Positions 28,973-44,354 of a stretch of DNA of 64,000 nucleotides are shown here, piece by piece. Within the stretch, counting starts at the first letter, position 1. Each line of letters begins with the position of its first letter. Made by a program: the position numbers and the translations under genes. The notes beneath the pieces were generated by a model. That model was given only the letters and a program-made list of their open reading frames with translations, was not told the DNA's origin and did no database searches. This stretch comes from Octopus vulgaris (lineage: Eukaryota): positions 106,268,001 through 106,332,000 of the forward strand of contig OX597822.1 in the NCBI GenBank assembly GCA_951406725.2. Reading direction: 5' to 3'.

Positions 28973-29179
28973 AATGCGGGAGTGGTATGACAGTAGCAGG
29001 ATGTTGTTGGAATCCTCTTAAATGGTCAAGTACCCTAAAAGTGACCCGTTGTAGTTGTAATAGTAGTGACTGGAATTGTTCTGAATAAATTAATGAGTAG
29101 TGACTGTTCTGAATTTATCGTTTTTAATATTTGCGTAGATATTATTCTAAGACCCTTGTCATAGGGTCATTTGTGGTGG

Positions 29180-29729
29180 ATGCATTCAAAAGGGGTTTAT
29201 ATTTTGTAATAAAGAATGACTATTTACTAATGCGTTGAGTACAGGTTGCATCGTCCATGAATTGATAGGAGGGAAAAATTCTGAAGCTGGGATGTTTGTC
29301 ATTGGTGCAAATGTCGGTGTGTTCTCTGAACGCTATTTTTCTGTATTTCCGAATTTAGATCTGGGATCTGTGCAGAGGCATCCTTTGACGTAGACTGTTT
29401 TTGGTTTGGCCTATGTATTGCTCTCGACACCCAGAACAGGTTAATACATATATCAGGTTCTCCGATATGAAGTTGCTTTTCACTGTGCAAAGTTGATCCT
29501 GTTTGAAAGTGAACTCTAATCCCTCAATTAGATTGACGCATATACCACAGTTAGATCTTCCGGATTTTTTTACTGGCAGCTTCAGTGCTGTTGTCGAGCG
29601 TATTCGGGCTTGTGTTTCCAAACTATGGATTGTGGATTGTGATAAAGAAGAACTGAAATTCGTCCAACTATCAAAGCATGACATAACAAATAGGTGACGT
29701 AACAAATTTGTTACGTCACCTATTTGTTA
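29180..29729 (-). mobile_element. PLE GIY-YIG endonuclease remnant, 5' break marked by a perfect palindrome
   Basis: GRSNCGICVNL..SENLIYVLTCSGCREQYIGQTKNSLRQRMPLHRSQI..FFITKYKPLLN; palindrome 29684-29729. Confidence 0.85.
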
Positions 29730-29970
29730 AGCTATGGGGTCAAATAAGCTATAACTTTGGTCCAATCGATGTTTGTAAAATCTGAGGTTTTCTCCATTTT
29801 CTGATTATTTGTATTTGTTTCCTGATAAACTTCGATTTATCCTGTTGTTACCTGCACACTACGTGCATACTGTGCCTGACACCAATGCTTGGGGACAACA
29901 ACGGGTAGCGGATATTGATATTTTATCCTTTAGTCGGTTATTATAACCGCTAACTCTGTTTACACTATAT

Positions 29971-30050
<80 letters not shown>

Positions 30051-30165
30051 CCGGCAAACTACAAGGAATTATCTGTAGCTGTATATCGGCAAGATTTGTA
30101 AAGTATGCAGATAAAGATGTCTCTTTCATTATATATATATATACATATAATTTATACATACATAC

Positions 30166-30295
<130 letters not shown>

Positions 30296-30739
30296 TATAC
30301 ATGTGCACTTGTGTGTGAGCGTGTGTGTGGATATACACTCAAAGCAGTTTTCTGGTATCTTCGTATTCATATCAGTGTGATAAAAAATGAAATTTGGATT
30401 ATCCAACTGTCTTACAAAGATGTACGGTTTGGGGTTTACGAACCTTTTCTCCATCCGGCATAGGAATTAGCAGTGAAGAAGATTTATGGCGACCATACAA
30501 GCCAGAAAACACGGTAACTTTGGTAGCCGCCTACTAACATGCCCATATTTTGTTCTTTTATAAATGGGAAAAGATTCATAAACGAGGTTGGTGCAGATAT
30601 TACTCAATATATTTCCTAACATGTATTTCAATATACCTTAAAGTTACAGTTATACGGGATTTATAATACACATATATAAATATATATCCACAGATAAACA
30701 CAGGTACATATATATCTATACCAATATATATATATATAA

Positions 30740-31091
30740 TCAATAATAAAAGGGTAAAATTAATTAATTATTAATTAATTAATTTTACCAAGTAGTGTTC
30801 AGTATGTAAAAAGACCATTTACGGTATATTTAAAACATTACGTTATATAATTAGGGTTCAGTAAAATAATTTACTTTACCACACACCGAACTTTTAGAAA
30901 TAGCAGCCAAAAAATCTTAGCTACTTCTTCTACTATAAGGAAAGTCTTCCGTGAATTATTTTTGAGTATACATTGTCTGGGAAACTTTCCTATAGTAGAA
31001 GAAATAGCTAAGATATTTTGGCTGCTATTTCTAAAAGTTCGGTGTGTGGTAAAGTAAATTATTTTACTGAACCCTAATTATATAACGTAAT

Positions 31092-31095
<4 letters not shown>
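30740..31095. mobile_element. PLE terminal-repeat relic with fold-back
   Basis: Arms 30833-30945 / 30984-31095; same family as 2792 and 9672. Confidence 0.7.
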
Positions 31096-31127
<32 letters not shown>

Positions 31128-31129
<2 letters not shown>

Positions 31130-31412
31130 CGGTTGCTGAACTGTTGAATTACGAGGACGTAAACATACCAATACCGGTTGTCAAGCGGTGGAGGGGAGGC
31201 ATACACAGACACACATAAATAGATATATACATATTATAAATGACGGGCTTCTTTCGCTTTCTGTCTACTAAATCTACTCAGAAGGCTTTAGTTGGCTCGA
31301 GGCTATAGTAGAAGGCACTTGCTTGGTTCTGTGTTCAGCCCCACTGCGTGGCACGCAACACAGAACCATGTAGTTGGAAAGCAAACTTCTTACCACGCAG
31401 CCACGCCTGCAC
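31128..31412 (-). mobile_element. SINE family C (degenerate)
   Basis: Reverse-complement match to the 22539 family. Confidence 0.7.
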
Positions 31413-31420
31413 CCGTATTT

Positions 31421-31513
<93 letters not shown>

Positions 31514-31665
31514 TACCGGAGTAAACACATAAATATGAAACAAGGTGGAAAAAAGAATACTCAAATACCAGGGGTAGAGTAATATGCTTTATTTAAACGC
31601 AGCAGAAATTCAACAAAACCTGTTACGCTGAGTTTCGCGTTCCCCTTCGTCGGACAGTTTTCTTT

Positions 31666-31718
31666 AACAAAACTGTCTGACGAACGGGAACGTGAAACTC
31701 CGAGTAACAGGTTTTGTT
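31666..31718 (+). ncRNA. type I hammerhead ribozyme; diverged inverted copy at ~31612-31660
   Basis: aacaaaactgt-CTGACGA-acg(ggaa)cgt-GAAA-ctc-c-gag-TA-acaggttttgtt; predicted cleavage after 31706. Confidence 0.8.
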
Positions 31719-31757
31719 GAATTTCTACTTTTAAATAAAGCATATATAAATATATAT

Positions 31758-32905
31758 AGACGAAGACAGATGTAGGAACAACAAGCAAGTGTATTTATTA
31801 GTTTGACACTCGGGAAAAATGGAATAGTCTTCTTTTACGCTTCGATCCTACGCTCTTCGACAGTATAAATAAGAAATAGAGAGAGAATGGGAAAAACGTG
31901 TTGAGTTCAGTACTCCAACATGGTGAATGATTAGAAAAAAGGAGGTTGAACAAAAGAGAGATAATAAACAGAGGTTGAATGAGCGGTGATAATCCATGCT
32001 GATCCCAAAACGCAGAGGTGCCAAAGCCTGTGTGTGTATGTGAGAATGGTGCATGTGAGTGTGTGAGTGTGTATGTGTGAATGGGAACGAGTGAGTTTGA
32101 CATGCATGTATGTGTGTACGCGCGCGTGTGTAACGTGTGTGTGTGCGCGTGTTGTGTGTAGAATTCGATGTGGGTTTTTACACGTAGTGTATATACATGT
32201 GTGTGTGTGTGTATCACTGTGAACAAATAGTGTGCATATGTATAATGTATGTATGTGAGCGAAAGTTATCTTTGTTAATGTGTGTTGTATGTCGTTATGT
32301 GTGTATGTGTATATATTGTCTATTTTCAGGTATTATGTGTTTGTGTTGGTGTGGTGGTGTGTATGATGATGTGTGATATGTACTGAGCTGAATAGTGCGT
32401 GTGACTACTCATATAGTGGTATGTGTGGTGATGCTATTGAAGATTGCGTGTGTGTGTGGATGATGGTGCGTTGTGTGGGTGCTGAGAAGTGTGTGTGGAG
32501 TGGGAGGGTGTTGTGGGTGTGTCTGTGTAATGGTGTGTGAAGTGAGTGATGAGTTGAACAGTGTGTATGAGTGTGTGTATAGTGTTGCGTGTGGGTGAGG
32601 GTACCGAGGTGGGCGGTATGCGGGTGTGTAGGTGGAGAGTGTGGGAGATGAGTGGGAATCCGGGTGGAATTGGCGTCTAATGTAAAGAGGTGAGGTTGGT
32701 GTCAAATGAAGAGAGGAAGTGAGTTGAAACCATCTGACTCAAAGGAACGGAGAGAGAAGATTAATGCCTCTTCACGGCGAAGGCGGGCGAAGGCGGGCGA
32801 CTAAGTGGCCCCTGTACACAGATTGTGCAAACACAGACAGATGTTGCAGAGAATGAGCGGTAGAGCGGAAATGGCTCAAGACCGGTGTGTCATTGCTGAG
32901 TCGTA
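31758..32905 (-). mobile_element. PLE 3' fragment (GIY-YIG C-terminus, CA-rich 3' region, terminal repeat end)
   Basis: RLSNDTPVLSHFRSTAHSLQHLSVF matches the 9096 ORF RLGSDNLVSRHFHSTGYSLQHLSVF; 31760-31820 matches 4440-4495 in reverse; degenerate hammerhead-like motif ~31830-31863. Confidence 0.6.
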
Positions 32906-33162
32906 TGCATTTGTGTGTGTGTGTGCGTAGTGCTATGGTGATGCAAACAGCAGAAATAGAAATCAAAAGAAGAGTATTTGCATATTCTTATTGATATTTA
33001 GCAGAAGCAACACAGTGACTAGATGACCGAGAGTTGCGTGAGTTGGAACATATATAGACATCAGTAACATTGGTTACTGGTATGTATATACCGATCTTCA
33101 ATACCATTGGCTACTAGTATGGATGTGTGTATATATATATATATGTGTGTGTGTGTATATAT

Positions 33163-33387
33163 ATTTCTTTACTACCCACAAGGGGTTAAACACAGAGGGG
33201 ACAAACAAGGACAGACAAGCAGATTAAGTCGATTACATCGACCCCAGTGCGTTACTGGTACTTAATTCATCGACCCCGAAGGGATGAAAGGCAAAGTCGA
33301 CCTCGGCGGAATTTGAACTCAGAACGTAGCGGCAGACGAAATACGGCTACGCATTTCGCCCGACGTGCTAACGTTTCTGCCAGCTCG
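33163..33387 (-). mobile_element. SINE family M
   Basis: Full match. Confidence 0.85.
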
Positions 33388-33431
33388 CATATATATATAT
33401 GTGTGTGTGTGTGTGTATTTGTGTGTGTGTG

Positions 33432-33493
<62 letters not shown>

Positions 33494-33892
33494 TGTGTCT
33501 GTGTCTGTGTAAATGTCACTTTTTAAGGTGTGTAGAAAAAGTGAGCCTGCCGTCGTCAATAGATTTTCGCTTTATTGCGTAGTCACGAGCATACAGGTAC
33601 ACGTAAAATAAATGACTGGCGTTCTCTCTTAGTTCTCTGTTAACCTTTAAGCCAGCGGTACATCCAGAATGTGACACAACAAGGGAGCGAGGGGGAAAGA
33701 GGCACAAACGCTCGATTGGACCTCATTTTCAACTTAGTAAACTGAGGCAACGTAAAATAAAATGCCTTCCTCAAGGGCTCAACGCGTCACCCGATCTAGA
33801 AACTGATCTCACAACATTAAGATCTTTAAGGCAAATGCTGTAACCACTGGAACACGCCCTTGTATATATGCTTGTGTATATTCTTCTATATA

Positions 33893-34120
33893 TTCTTAAC
33901 TGGTTTCAGTCATTTGATTGCGGCCATGCTGGAGAGTCACCTTTAGTCGAACAAATCAACCCAGGACTTATTCTCTGTAAGCTTAGTACGTATTCTATCG
34001 GCCTCTTTCGCTGAACCGCTAAGTTTCGGGGACGTAAACACACTAACATCGGTTGTCAAGCGATGACGGGAGGACAAACACAGATATACACACAAATATA
34101 TATATATATACACACACACA

Positions 34121-34154
<34 letters not shown>

Positions 34155-34316
34155 GACGGGATTCTTTCAGTTTCCAACTACTAAATTCACTCATAAGGCA
34201 CTGGTCGGCTCGAGACTATAGTAGAAGCCACTTGCACAAGTTTCCACACAGCGGGACTGAACCCGGAACCGTAAGGTTGGGAAGCTAGCTTCTTAACCCA
34301 CAGCCACGCCTGCACC
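33893..34316 (-). mobile_element. SINE family C
   Basis: Reverse-complement match. Confidence 0.8.
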
Positions 34317-34363
34317 TATGCATACATACATACACATACACATATATATATAAACATGCATAC

Positions 34364-34417
<54 letters not shown>

Positions 34418-34481
34418 TATTGTATATATATATCATATTGTATATATATATATATATATATCATATTATATATATATATCA

Positions 34482-34547
<66 letters not shown>

Positions 34548-34664
34548 GGTGGGTGTGTGTTTGTGTTGGTGTATAATATTTTGTGTGTGTCCATGTGTAA
34601 GTATACATGCACATGAATGTGAAAAAAATATATATATAAAGTACATATAAGTACATACATATGC

Positions 34665-34725
<61 letters not shown>

Positions 34726-34819
34726 CTTATATACTTTATATATATATATTTTTATTATACTTTATATATATATATATATATATTCTTACATTTTTATAAT
34801 ATATATATACATCTATACC

Positions 34820-34874
<55 letters not shown>

Positions 34875-35194
34875 AATTGAAGGAGTGTCCATGTAGCATA
34901 TCTGTCCCCCTTTTCAAGCTGTCTCTCATAAAAACGAATGATTTATATTAAAATCGAGTTTGTTATTTGCTATTTGCATTCACTTTATATCGGAAGCATT
35001 CATTATATACCTGGCATTCAGAGAGGAAACGCCAGTCATATATTTTACGTGTACCTGTATGCGTAAGTATATGTCTGAAAGCGTGTGTGTGTGTGTGTGT
35101 GTATAAGCATGTGTGGGTGTGTATATATGTATTATGGCTTTTACATACGTATGTTTGTGTGCATATGCGTGTGAATCTGTGTAAATATGCATAT

Positions 35195-35660
<466 letters not shown>

Positions 35661-36377
35661 TATGCATTTGTTGATATATATGTGTGTTTGATTATAAATA
35701 TCTATGTATATGTATACACATGTGTGCGTGTGTATATATATATATATGTGTGTGTGTGTGATTACATATATATATATATAAATATGGGTGTGTGTTTGTA
35801 TGTATATATGTACGTATATATGTATATGAATATATATATGTGATATATGCTATATACATACATACATACATACCTACACACGTTAATGCTGCAATATATA
35901 AGAGCACAAAGAATTTAACAAAACAACCGAGAGCTCAACATTAGTTTGTGGATGGTTGACTGGTATTTCTCTGCCAATACAAGACGACCAGCGGCGGATT
36001 TCTGCATACAGCCATTGTTTTCTTGCCAACACTCTTTACCCAGCTTGCTGTAAAAACTTTTATCGACTTTCATGTGTTGCATAGATTTCATGGACGTTAT
36101 TAAATATTTCCACTGGATCTTGGATAATCAACAGCACTCTTTCTTATCCTTATTTTATTTTTAATGGTCCTTAATTTCATGGATTTCAGTAGAATACATC
36201 GTCCCCCAAACCCGGTACCTCCACAGATATTTATTTCATAGGTCTCGTGTGAAATGAAATGTTTAGAAGGAAGTGGTATAAGAGGAAATTACTCAGTCGG
36301 AGATAAATACCGAAGTGTATTTATTTCCGGTCGAGCTACCCGCTTTACTTCGTCCGACATAATACATATGTAAGCAC

Positions 36378-36576
36378 AGGCGTGGTTGGGGAATAAGAGG
36401 TTTGCTCCCCAACAACATGGTTCCAGGTTCAGTCCCACAGCGCGGCCTCTTAGCCAGCTGTATCTTACTACAACCTCGGGCCGACCAAAGCCATGTGAGT
36501 GGGAAATGAAACTGAAAGAAACATGTGTGTGTGTATGTGTGTGTGTCTTCGTGGGTGTGGGTGTGTGCGTGCGTAC

Positions 36577-36662
<86 letters not shown>

Positions 36663-37295
36663 ACACATATACATATACATATATATACATATATATACAC
36701 ATATACATATATACATATGTATATATACATATACATATATACATATGTATATATACATATATATATATACAATATAAATAATATATATGCATATATACAT
36801 ACATATATGTACATATCTACATATGTATATATACATGCATATATGAGTACATGACATAAAAAAAACGTGGATGCAATGAGAAACGAAAACATAGAAAACG
36901 AACTTTTGTTTTCGAAGAACGTAAAAAACAGACAGAGAGCCGAGACATACAACATAAAGAACATTCCCTTCTTCTGTTGTCCCTGTTTCATCTACTCCGC
37001 GTTTCCAAGGTAAGGACAATACGCGTCTTCGTTGAAACAGTCCTACCTGCAAAGCAAATTAAATAAAATTTGGGATTTTTGCGGAGGGGGAAAGTGGTAA
37101 CAAGAACAAGACGGTAAAAAACAAGACAACTGACGTTGGTGTGTTTACGTCACCGTAACTTAGCAGTTCTGCAAAAGAAGCCGAGAGAATAAGTACTAGG
37201 CTTACAAAGAATAAGCCCTGGGATCGATTTATTCAACTAAAGGCAGTGCTCAGCATGGCCGCAGTCGAATGACTTAAACAGGTAAAAGAATAAAG
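36378..37295 (+). mobile_element. SINE family C with a nested insertion in its internal microsatellite
   Basis: Head 36378-36520, tail 37128-37295, unrelated sequence ~36855-37125 between. Confidence 0.7.
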
Positions 37296-37297
37296 GA

Positions 37298-37344
<47 letters not shown>

Positions 37345-37771
37345 TATGCATGCATACATATTCATGTATACATAGATATGCACATATATATGTATGTACG
37401 TATATATGTATATGCATGTAAGTATGTATGTACGTATGTATGTAAGCATGCATATATGCATGTATGTATGTGTATGTGCAGATTTATGTTTTGTTTTATA
37501 TTTGCATTCGTACGTATATAGCTGCATGTCAAGACATGTTCATATATACTTAAATGATAAACTTCTGAAAAGTTTTGCAGATTTTTGCAGTTCCAGTGAT
37601 GGTTTGGATCTGTAGTCTTCGAAGCAACCTTCTCCTTTCTGGTTTTGTGAAGCCTAATTTCTCAAGAACCGTTTGTGCCAAATAATTGGAAGTATAAACC
37701 TGAACTCGTAATCTGTAGCTTCATCATCATTATCATCATGTATTTATATATGTATTATATATGTATGATAG

Positions 37772-37931
37772 AAGTGGCTGCGTGGTAAGTAGCTTGCTTA
37801 CAAACTACGTGGTTCCGGGTTCAGTCCCACTGCGTGGCACCTTCGGCAAGTTTCTTCTACTATAGCTTCGGGCCGACCAAAGCCTTGTGAGTGGATTTGT
37901 TATAGAGAAACTGAAAGAGGCCCGTCGTATA

Positions 37932-38005
<74 letters not shown>

Positions 38006-38207
38006 CCTGTGTTTGTCCCCCCAACATCGCTTGATAACCGATGCTGGTGTGTTTACGTCGCCGTAACTTAGCGGTTCGGCAAAAGAGACCGATAGAATAA
38101 GTACTAGGCTTACAAAGAATAAGTCGTGGGGTCGAGTTGCTCGACTAAAGGCGGTGCTCCAGCATGGTCAGTCACATGACTGAAACAAATAAACGAGTAA
38201 AAAAGAG
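37772..38207 (+). mobile_element. SINE family C
   Basis: Full match. Confidence 0.85.
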
Positions 38208-39211
38208 TCTGTATGTATGTATGTATGTATGTATGTATGTATGTATCTATCTATCTATCTATCTATCTATATATCTATCTATCTATATCTATCTGTCTAT
38301 ATCAGTTTGTATTTATAAATATTTGATGTACATACACGTTAAAAGTAATGCATGCAAGATTTCACAGCTTTAGCATCACTTCTATGAACTTCTCAGCCCA
38401 CACTCGTACATAAAATATTAAATTCTCGGTCATCAAAGGCGTAATTAATGATAGGTTGATAAACTCTGGCGGGTAATTTCATTACCATAAATCCAAGTGG
38501 CACCGACTTGCATGTACATACATAATCAGTTAACGATCTTTAAGAGCAAAATATATAGAACACAAAAGCAGAAATGCATAAATTTGACATAAAGTTCAAA
38601 TTTTACTCACTAACGATTCTCTGATTAACATAACGTTCTTGCTGATTTAGCTAAGCGCTGTTTATAAATTATTTTAACTTAAATTAATTTAGTCTAAATT
38701 AATTTGTGTATCACTATTATGTGATTATATATTTGATGGTGTTTAACTTAATGAAACAGCTGTTGGATACATTTAAATAATGTACTATATCCGAAATTTA
38801 TGCTCATCGTCTATTGTTCTACAACACACACACACACAAGTGTGTATGTAGAACAACAGAAGATAAGCATAAATTTGTGCGTGTGTGTGTGTGACTATGT
38901 GTGTGCCTTCGTGCGCACGTGCGTGTGTGTGTGTGCGCGCGTGCATGTTTTCCCTCAACTGAATTTTCAGTCATATTGCTCAACCTGAATTCTAGATGAT
39001 GATACATACTCATTGCCCCACACACTAACAATGAACTCGAAGCCACGTGATTGTAAACCTAACTTCTTAACTACTGAATGATGCTATCGTCATTAAGATA
39101 TAAAGGAAGAGAAATTTCTTGTCGTCATATGCTTGATCCTTTTTAAAATTTAATATTGCCAGTCTCTGTTACCTATCAAAATTCGTAGTATTACTTTTTA
39201 TTATTATTATT

Positions 39212-39488
<277 letters not shown>

Positions 39489-39527
39489 CATCATTATTAT
39501 TATTATTATTATTATTATTAATATTAT

Positions 39528-40084
39528 TGAGTAAGAGAGCAGTGCATGCCATCAAAGTGACACTGGGGTAAAATATACAAAACCCACTATACCCATCGTG
39601 ACTACCTGTCTGATAAGGGCACACCAGACACATGCATCACAACAATATGTGCGCGACATGGTGATCTCATATCAAGATAAACAGCACATGACCTTCCAGG
39701 TGGGGTCCACTTAGAATTTTCTTCAGATCGAGTAGCCCATCCCACTCAAAGGGTCCATGAATAAGGATTGTTTAAGGATGTTGAACGAAACACCCATGTT
39801 TCCAGAGGTGAATTATTCAAATCCCAAAGAATTCCTCTCAATACACAGTTATGATGCTCCCCCACTAATTCTGCTCATGATCAGAGATGCACGTATTGTC
39901 AACCACTAAGGGACAAGCTCAACTGGTTAAGGTCAAGCAAACGACAAGCAAATCTATGGTACTGAGCAGAACATTTGCTGTAGCCCATCTTTTATACCAA
40001 GACAAAACAATGTACATGATAACACTTCCAATCAGTTAAGATAAGAAGCCATCAGAGCCACTGCCTGGTACAGCATCGGGGCTA
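39528..40084. mobile_element. unclassified ~555 bp insert in the (ATT)n array
   Basis: Complex sequence bounded by ATT repeats; its start resembles 16169-16188, also at an ATT array edge. Confidence 0.45.
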
Positions 40085-40102
40085 TTCATTATCATTATTA
40101 TT

Positions 40103-40138
<36 letters not shown>

Positions 40139-40571
40139 GCCTTTGCACAGCTTCTAATGCTGGAGATGTACTACAGTGTCAGCTGTTTACTATTAGTGAA
40201 CTAAGGTAACACCTCTTATTTTTCGAGCACCTTCCGGAGTATTCGAGCGATTCCAAGCAGTGCTGTTTTCTGCAAGTGCCCCACTCTTATTGCAGCCCCT
40301 ACTAGTTCCACGCTCTTCTCGAGATTTTTACTCACTGTTCCCAGGGTTCCGACAACTATTGGTACTACGGCTACCTTTTACATCGACCACAACTGCTTAA
40401 CCTCCCAAGCTAACCTGTCATATCTCTCGACTTTTCTTTCTTCCTTATCGCATACCTTGTTGTCAACTGAACGTGCTATGTCTTCGATTCAGCATAGTTT
40501 GTTTTCTTCCTCAACTAAGACTGTCCGGTTTCCTATTCTCAATCTCATGGTCGCACTGAATTGTAAAATCC
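40139..40571 (-). mobile_element. second R4/Dong-type subfamily, RLE 3' fragment
   Basis: DFTIQCDHEIENRKPD..KEERKVERYDRLAWEVKQLW..VVPIVVGTLGTV..LQKTALLGIARILRKVLEK*. Confidence 0.85.
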
Positions 40572-40604
40572 TTATTATTATTATTATTATTATTATCATT
40601 ATTA

Positions 40605-40671
<67 letters not shown>

Positions 40672-40841
40672 CATCATTATTATTATCATTATAATTATTA
40701 TTATTATTATTATTATTATTAATATCATTATTATCATTATTATTATTATTATTATTATTATCATTATTATCATTATTATTATTATTATTATTATTATCAT
40801 TAATATCATTATAATTATTATTATTATTATTATTATTATCA

Positions 40842-40875
<34 letters not shown>

Positions 40876-41010
40876 CATTATTATTATTATTATTATTATT
40901 ATCACTATTATAATTATTATTATTATTATCATTATTATTATTATTATAATTATTATTATTATTATCACTATTATAATAATAATTATTATTATTATCATCA
41001 TAATAATATA
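40572..41010. repeat. (ATT)n/(ATC) array
   Basis: Direct reading. Confidence 0.95.
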
Positions 41011-41689
41011 TATTATATATTAAAAATGAAATATATATATACATATATTACATACTAAAAACAGTTATATATATATATATTCTACACACGAACAAATGTA
41101 AGAAAACGAATCTAGTAATGGATTCTTTGTAATTAAGACGACTGTCCATCGAGGAATTGTCGGTCATGTTTGAGCATCAATTCGTCAGGGAAAAAGTTTC
41201 TTGCATCTTCTATACAGAGTTAACGAAACAGCTACAACTGGGAATTGAACCAATACTTACTGTTTGTATTGCAGGAACCAACAGCACAAATCTACTTGGA
41301 TTCAGATTAAGGAAATTAATTTGAAGAAAGAAGTATTGTTAATAGCTTGCGGGGAGCATATCTTAAACTGACAACAAATCACAGTTGTTTCCCCTTGGGG
41401 AATTCTTGTCAGTCATTTTGAACTTAAGTCATCACCATGTCATTCATTAGCAATCAATTTTATGCTGAAAATGTTGAAGTAATTAATGAAGAGGTCAAAA
41501 TATTTACGACTTATCTTGCAATCGCTAAGATAATTTCGATTATTCTAGTTAACGTTTTCGTTGTTTTCTTCTTTACCTTTTGTTTTCGAAATGATGGCTG
41601 CATAATGGAAAACTTAATGACACAAATTTGAAATAATAATTAAAAATCTGTTGATGTGAATAGTTTAATTGTCATTTGTGTGTGTACAT

Positions 41690-41716
41690 TTATATATGTA
41701 TGTATGTATGCGTGTA

Positions 41717-41775
<59 letters not shown>

Positions 41776-41867
41776 ATACATATGTGTGTATATGTATATA
41801 TATGTATGCATACATATATATTTACACACACACATATACGTACATATATATAGGTATATATATATAC

Positions 41868-41906
<39 letters not shown>

Positions 41907-42006
41907 TATGTATATATATATGTATATATATACGTATATATATATATACATACATATACATGTATATATGCATATATATACGTATATATATATGCATATA
42001 TATACG

Positions 42007-42038
<32 letters not shown>

Positions 42039-42176
42039 CGTATATACATATAAATGTATATATATATACACATATATATGTGTATATACATATATATGTA
42101 TATGTACATATATGTATATGGACATATATATATATTTATATATATATATATATATATATATACATGCATATATATG

Positions 42177-42207
<31 letters not shown>

Positions 42208-42288
42208 ATATATGCACGCATTTCTCTCTGTCTATAATATATCTACATATGTATGTCTGTATATATATATGTGTGCATGTACGTATTG

Positions 42289-42337
<49 letters not shown>

Positions 42338-42395
42338 ATTTATATATATATATATGTACATAAATCATACAGGCACGAGCACACACACACACAAA
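41690..42395. repeat. degenerate (TA/CA/TG)n tract
   Basis: Direct reading. Confidence 0.9.
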
Positions 42396-42634
42396 CACAA
42401 TCAAGTTTAGGTAGAATAAAATCCAATAAGTTTTAAGCTCTAAATCTAAACCCAAACCAAGTGTGTGAAAAGATGTTGGAAAATCGAGATACAATCTTAC
42501 AACATTTTAAACTTATAGAAGTCAGTAATATTAGATAAAACTCCGTATCCACCACTAAAGCGTAAGCACTTATACACATATACATATAACGTACATATAT
42601 ACATATACATGTGTTTGTGTGTATATATATAAAC

Positions 42635-42690
<56 letters not shown>

Positions 42691-43239
42691 ATATATGGAG
42701 TAGGAAGGAATGTTCAGCGTACATTTATTAGTTACCTAATTGATTAAATATTTATGGGCTGCGTTTTAAGCGGCAGACTTGAAGCCGACATGTTTGCAAC
42801 GGTTAATTTATTTCGCAGTTCCCATCTTCAAAGATTCTTACGTTATAGATTAAAGCCTACTGATGTAAATTCGATAATTTTCTGACCGCTAATACTTCCA
42901 TTCCCTTTCTTTTAATGTTAGGCGACTTTTTCTGTTATTCTTTTCTTTCCTTCTTTAATTTATTTATTTATTTATTAGTGGTGTATGTGTGTGATTTTTT
43001 TTTTGGTTGATTTTTATTGTTGTTTAGTTGTTGTTGTTGTTGTTTTTTTTTGTATCTTGGTTCCTATAGAAGAAACCGAATAAATGGGGATGCAGAGAGA
43101 GATTTTTTCCCCCCGACTGTAGCCGTAGAATGATTAATGGACCATGAAGATTTCAATTGACAAAAACCCACTAATACTTCCACAAAAGTATTGCTCACTA
43201 TTCAATAACAAAAACTACTTGGATATATATTGATTTCAA

Positions 43240-43359
43240 CAACAATCATCATCATCATCATCATCCTCATCATCATCATCATCCACATCATCATCATCAT
43301 CGCCATCATCATTATTACCGTCATCAGCATAATCATCAAACGTTGTTGTCGTCGTTGTG

Positions 43360-43391
<32 letters not shown>

Positions 43392-43516
43392 GGTGGTGGT
43401 GGTGGTGGTGTTAATGGTGGTCGTCGTGGGTTCTAGTTGAGGTCGTGATCGTAGCCGTGGTTGTCTTGATCATCATCCTTGCCGTCGTCGTCGTCATGGT
43501 CATCGTCATCTTCAAT

Positions 43517-43564
<48 letters not shown>

Positions 43565-44130
43565 TTCTTCTTCTTCTTCTTCTTCTTCTTCTTCTTCTTC
43601 TTCTTCTTCTTCTTCTTCTTCTTCTTCTTCTTCATCATCATCATCATCATCATCACCACCACCACCATCACCATCATTATCACCATTATCATCCTCCTCA
43701 ACAACATCATGATCTTCCTTATCACCTTTACATACACCATCATCATCATCACCATCAATCAGCGTCATCATTAGTATCATCACCACCGCCACTACCACCA
43801 CCATCGTCACATTATCACACAATCATTTCCATCACCATCATCATCAGCAGCAGCAGCATCACCTTTTTCCTTACCCTCTTCTTCATCATGTCATCGTCGT
43901 TATTATCATTCACAACCACCCACCCTTCCCAACATCAACACCAGCATCATCATCATCATTATCAGTAGCAGTGGTGATCTTCAACATCACCACTACCACC
44001 ACCACTATCATCATCATCATAATCATCATCATCATCGTTCTCATCAACATCGCCATCATCATCATCATCATCATCATCGTCGTCGTCATCATCATCATTA
44101 TCATAATCATCATCATCATCATCATCGTTC

Positions 44131-44189
<59 letters not shown>

Positions 44190-44250
44190 GTCGTCATCAG
44201 CAATATCAACATCACCATCACCATCATCATCGTTGTCGTCGTCATCAACA
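43240..44250. repeat. trinucleotide low-complexity tract (CAT/CTT/GGT/CAC)n
   Basis: Direct reading. Confidence 0.95.
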
Positions 44251-44354
44251 GCGTTTGTCTGAAAGGGTGTTAGAGCTTATTCAAAATGGTCGATATTCTA
44301 TCAGAAATCAAAAATGTGGCTTTTAAGTTTGACGAAATTCCAGATTGATCCGTA

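Noticed and set aside
35940-36300. Possible CR1/L2 3' remnant (also 6620-7000)
   Set aside because: Only faint fragments; cannot be supported without an alignment.
41100-41420. Possible exon (minus-strand GTAAGT) or Gypsy protease remnant, weakly similar to 3600-3890
   Set aside because: Motif similarity too weak and no sustained reading frame.
43230-44273. Acidic D/E-rich and poly-M/K ORFs
   Set aside because: Trinucleotide low complexity open in several frames; no domain or splice support.
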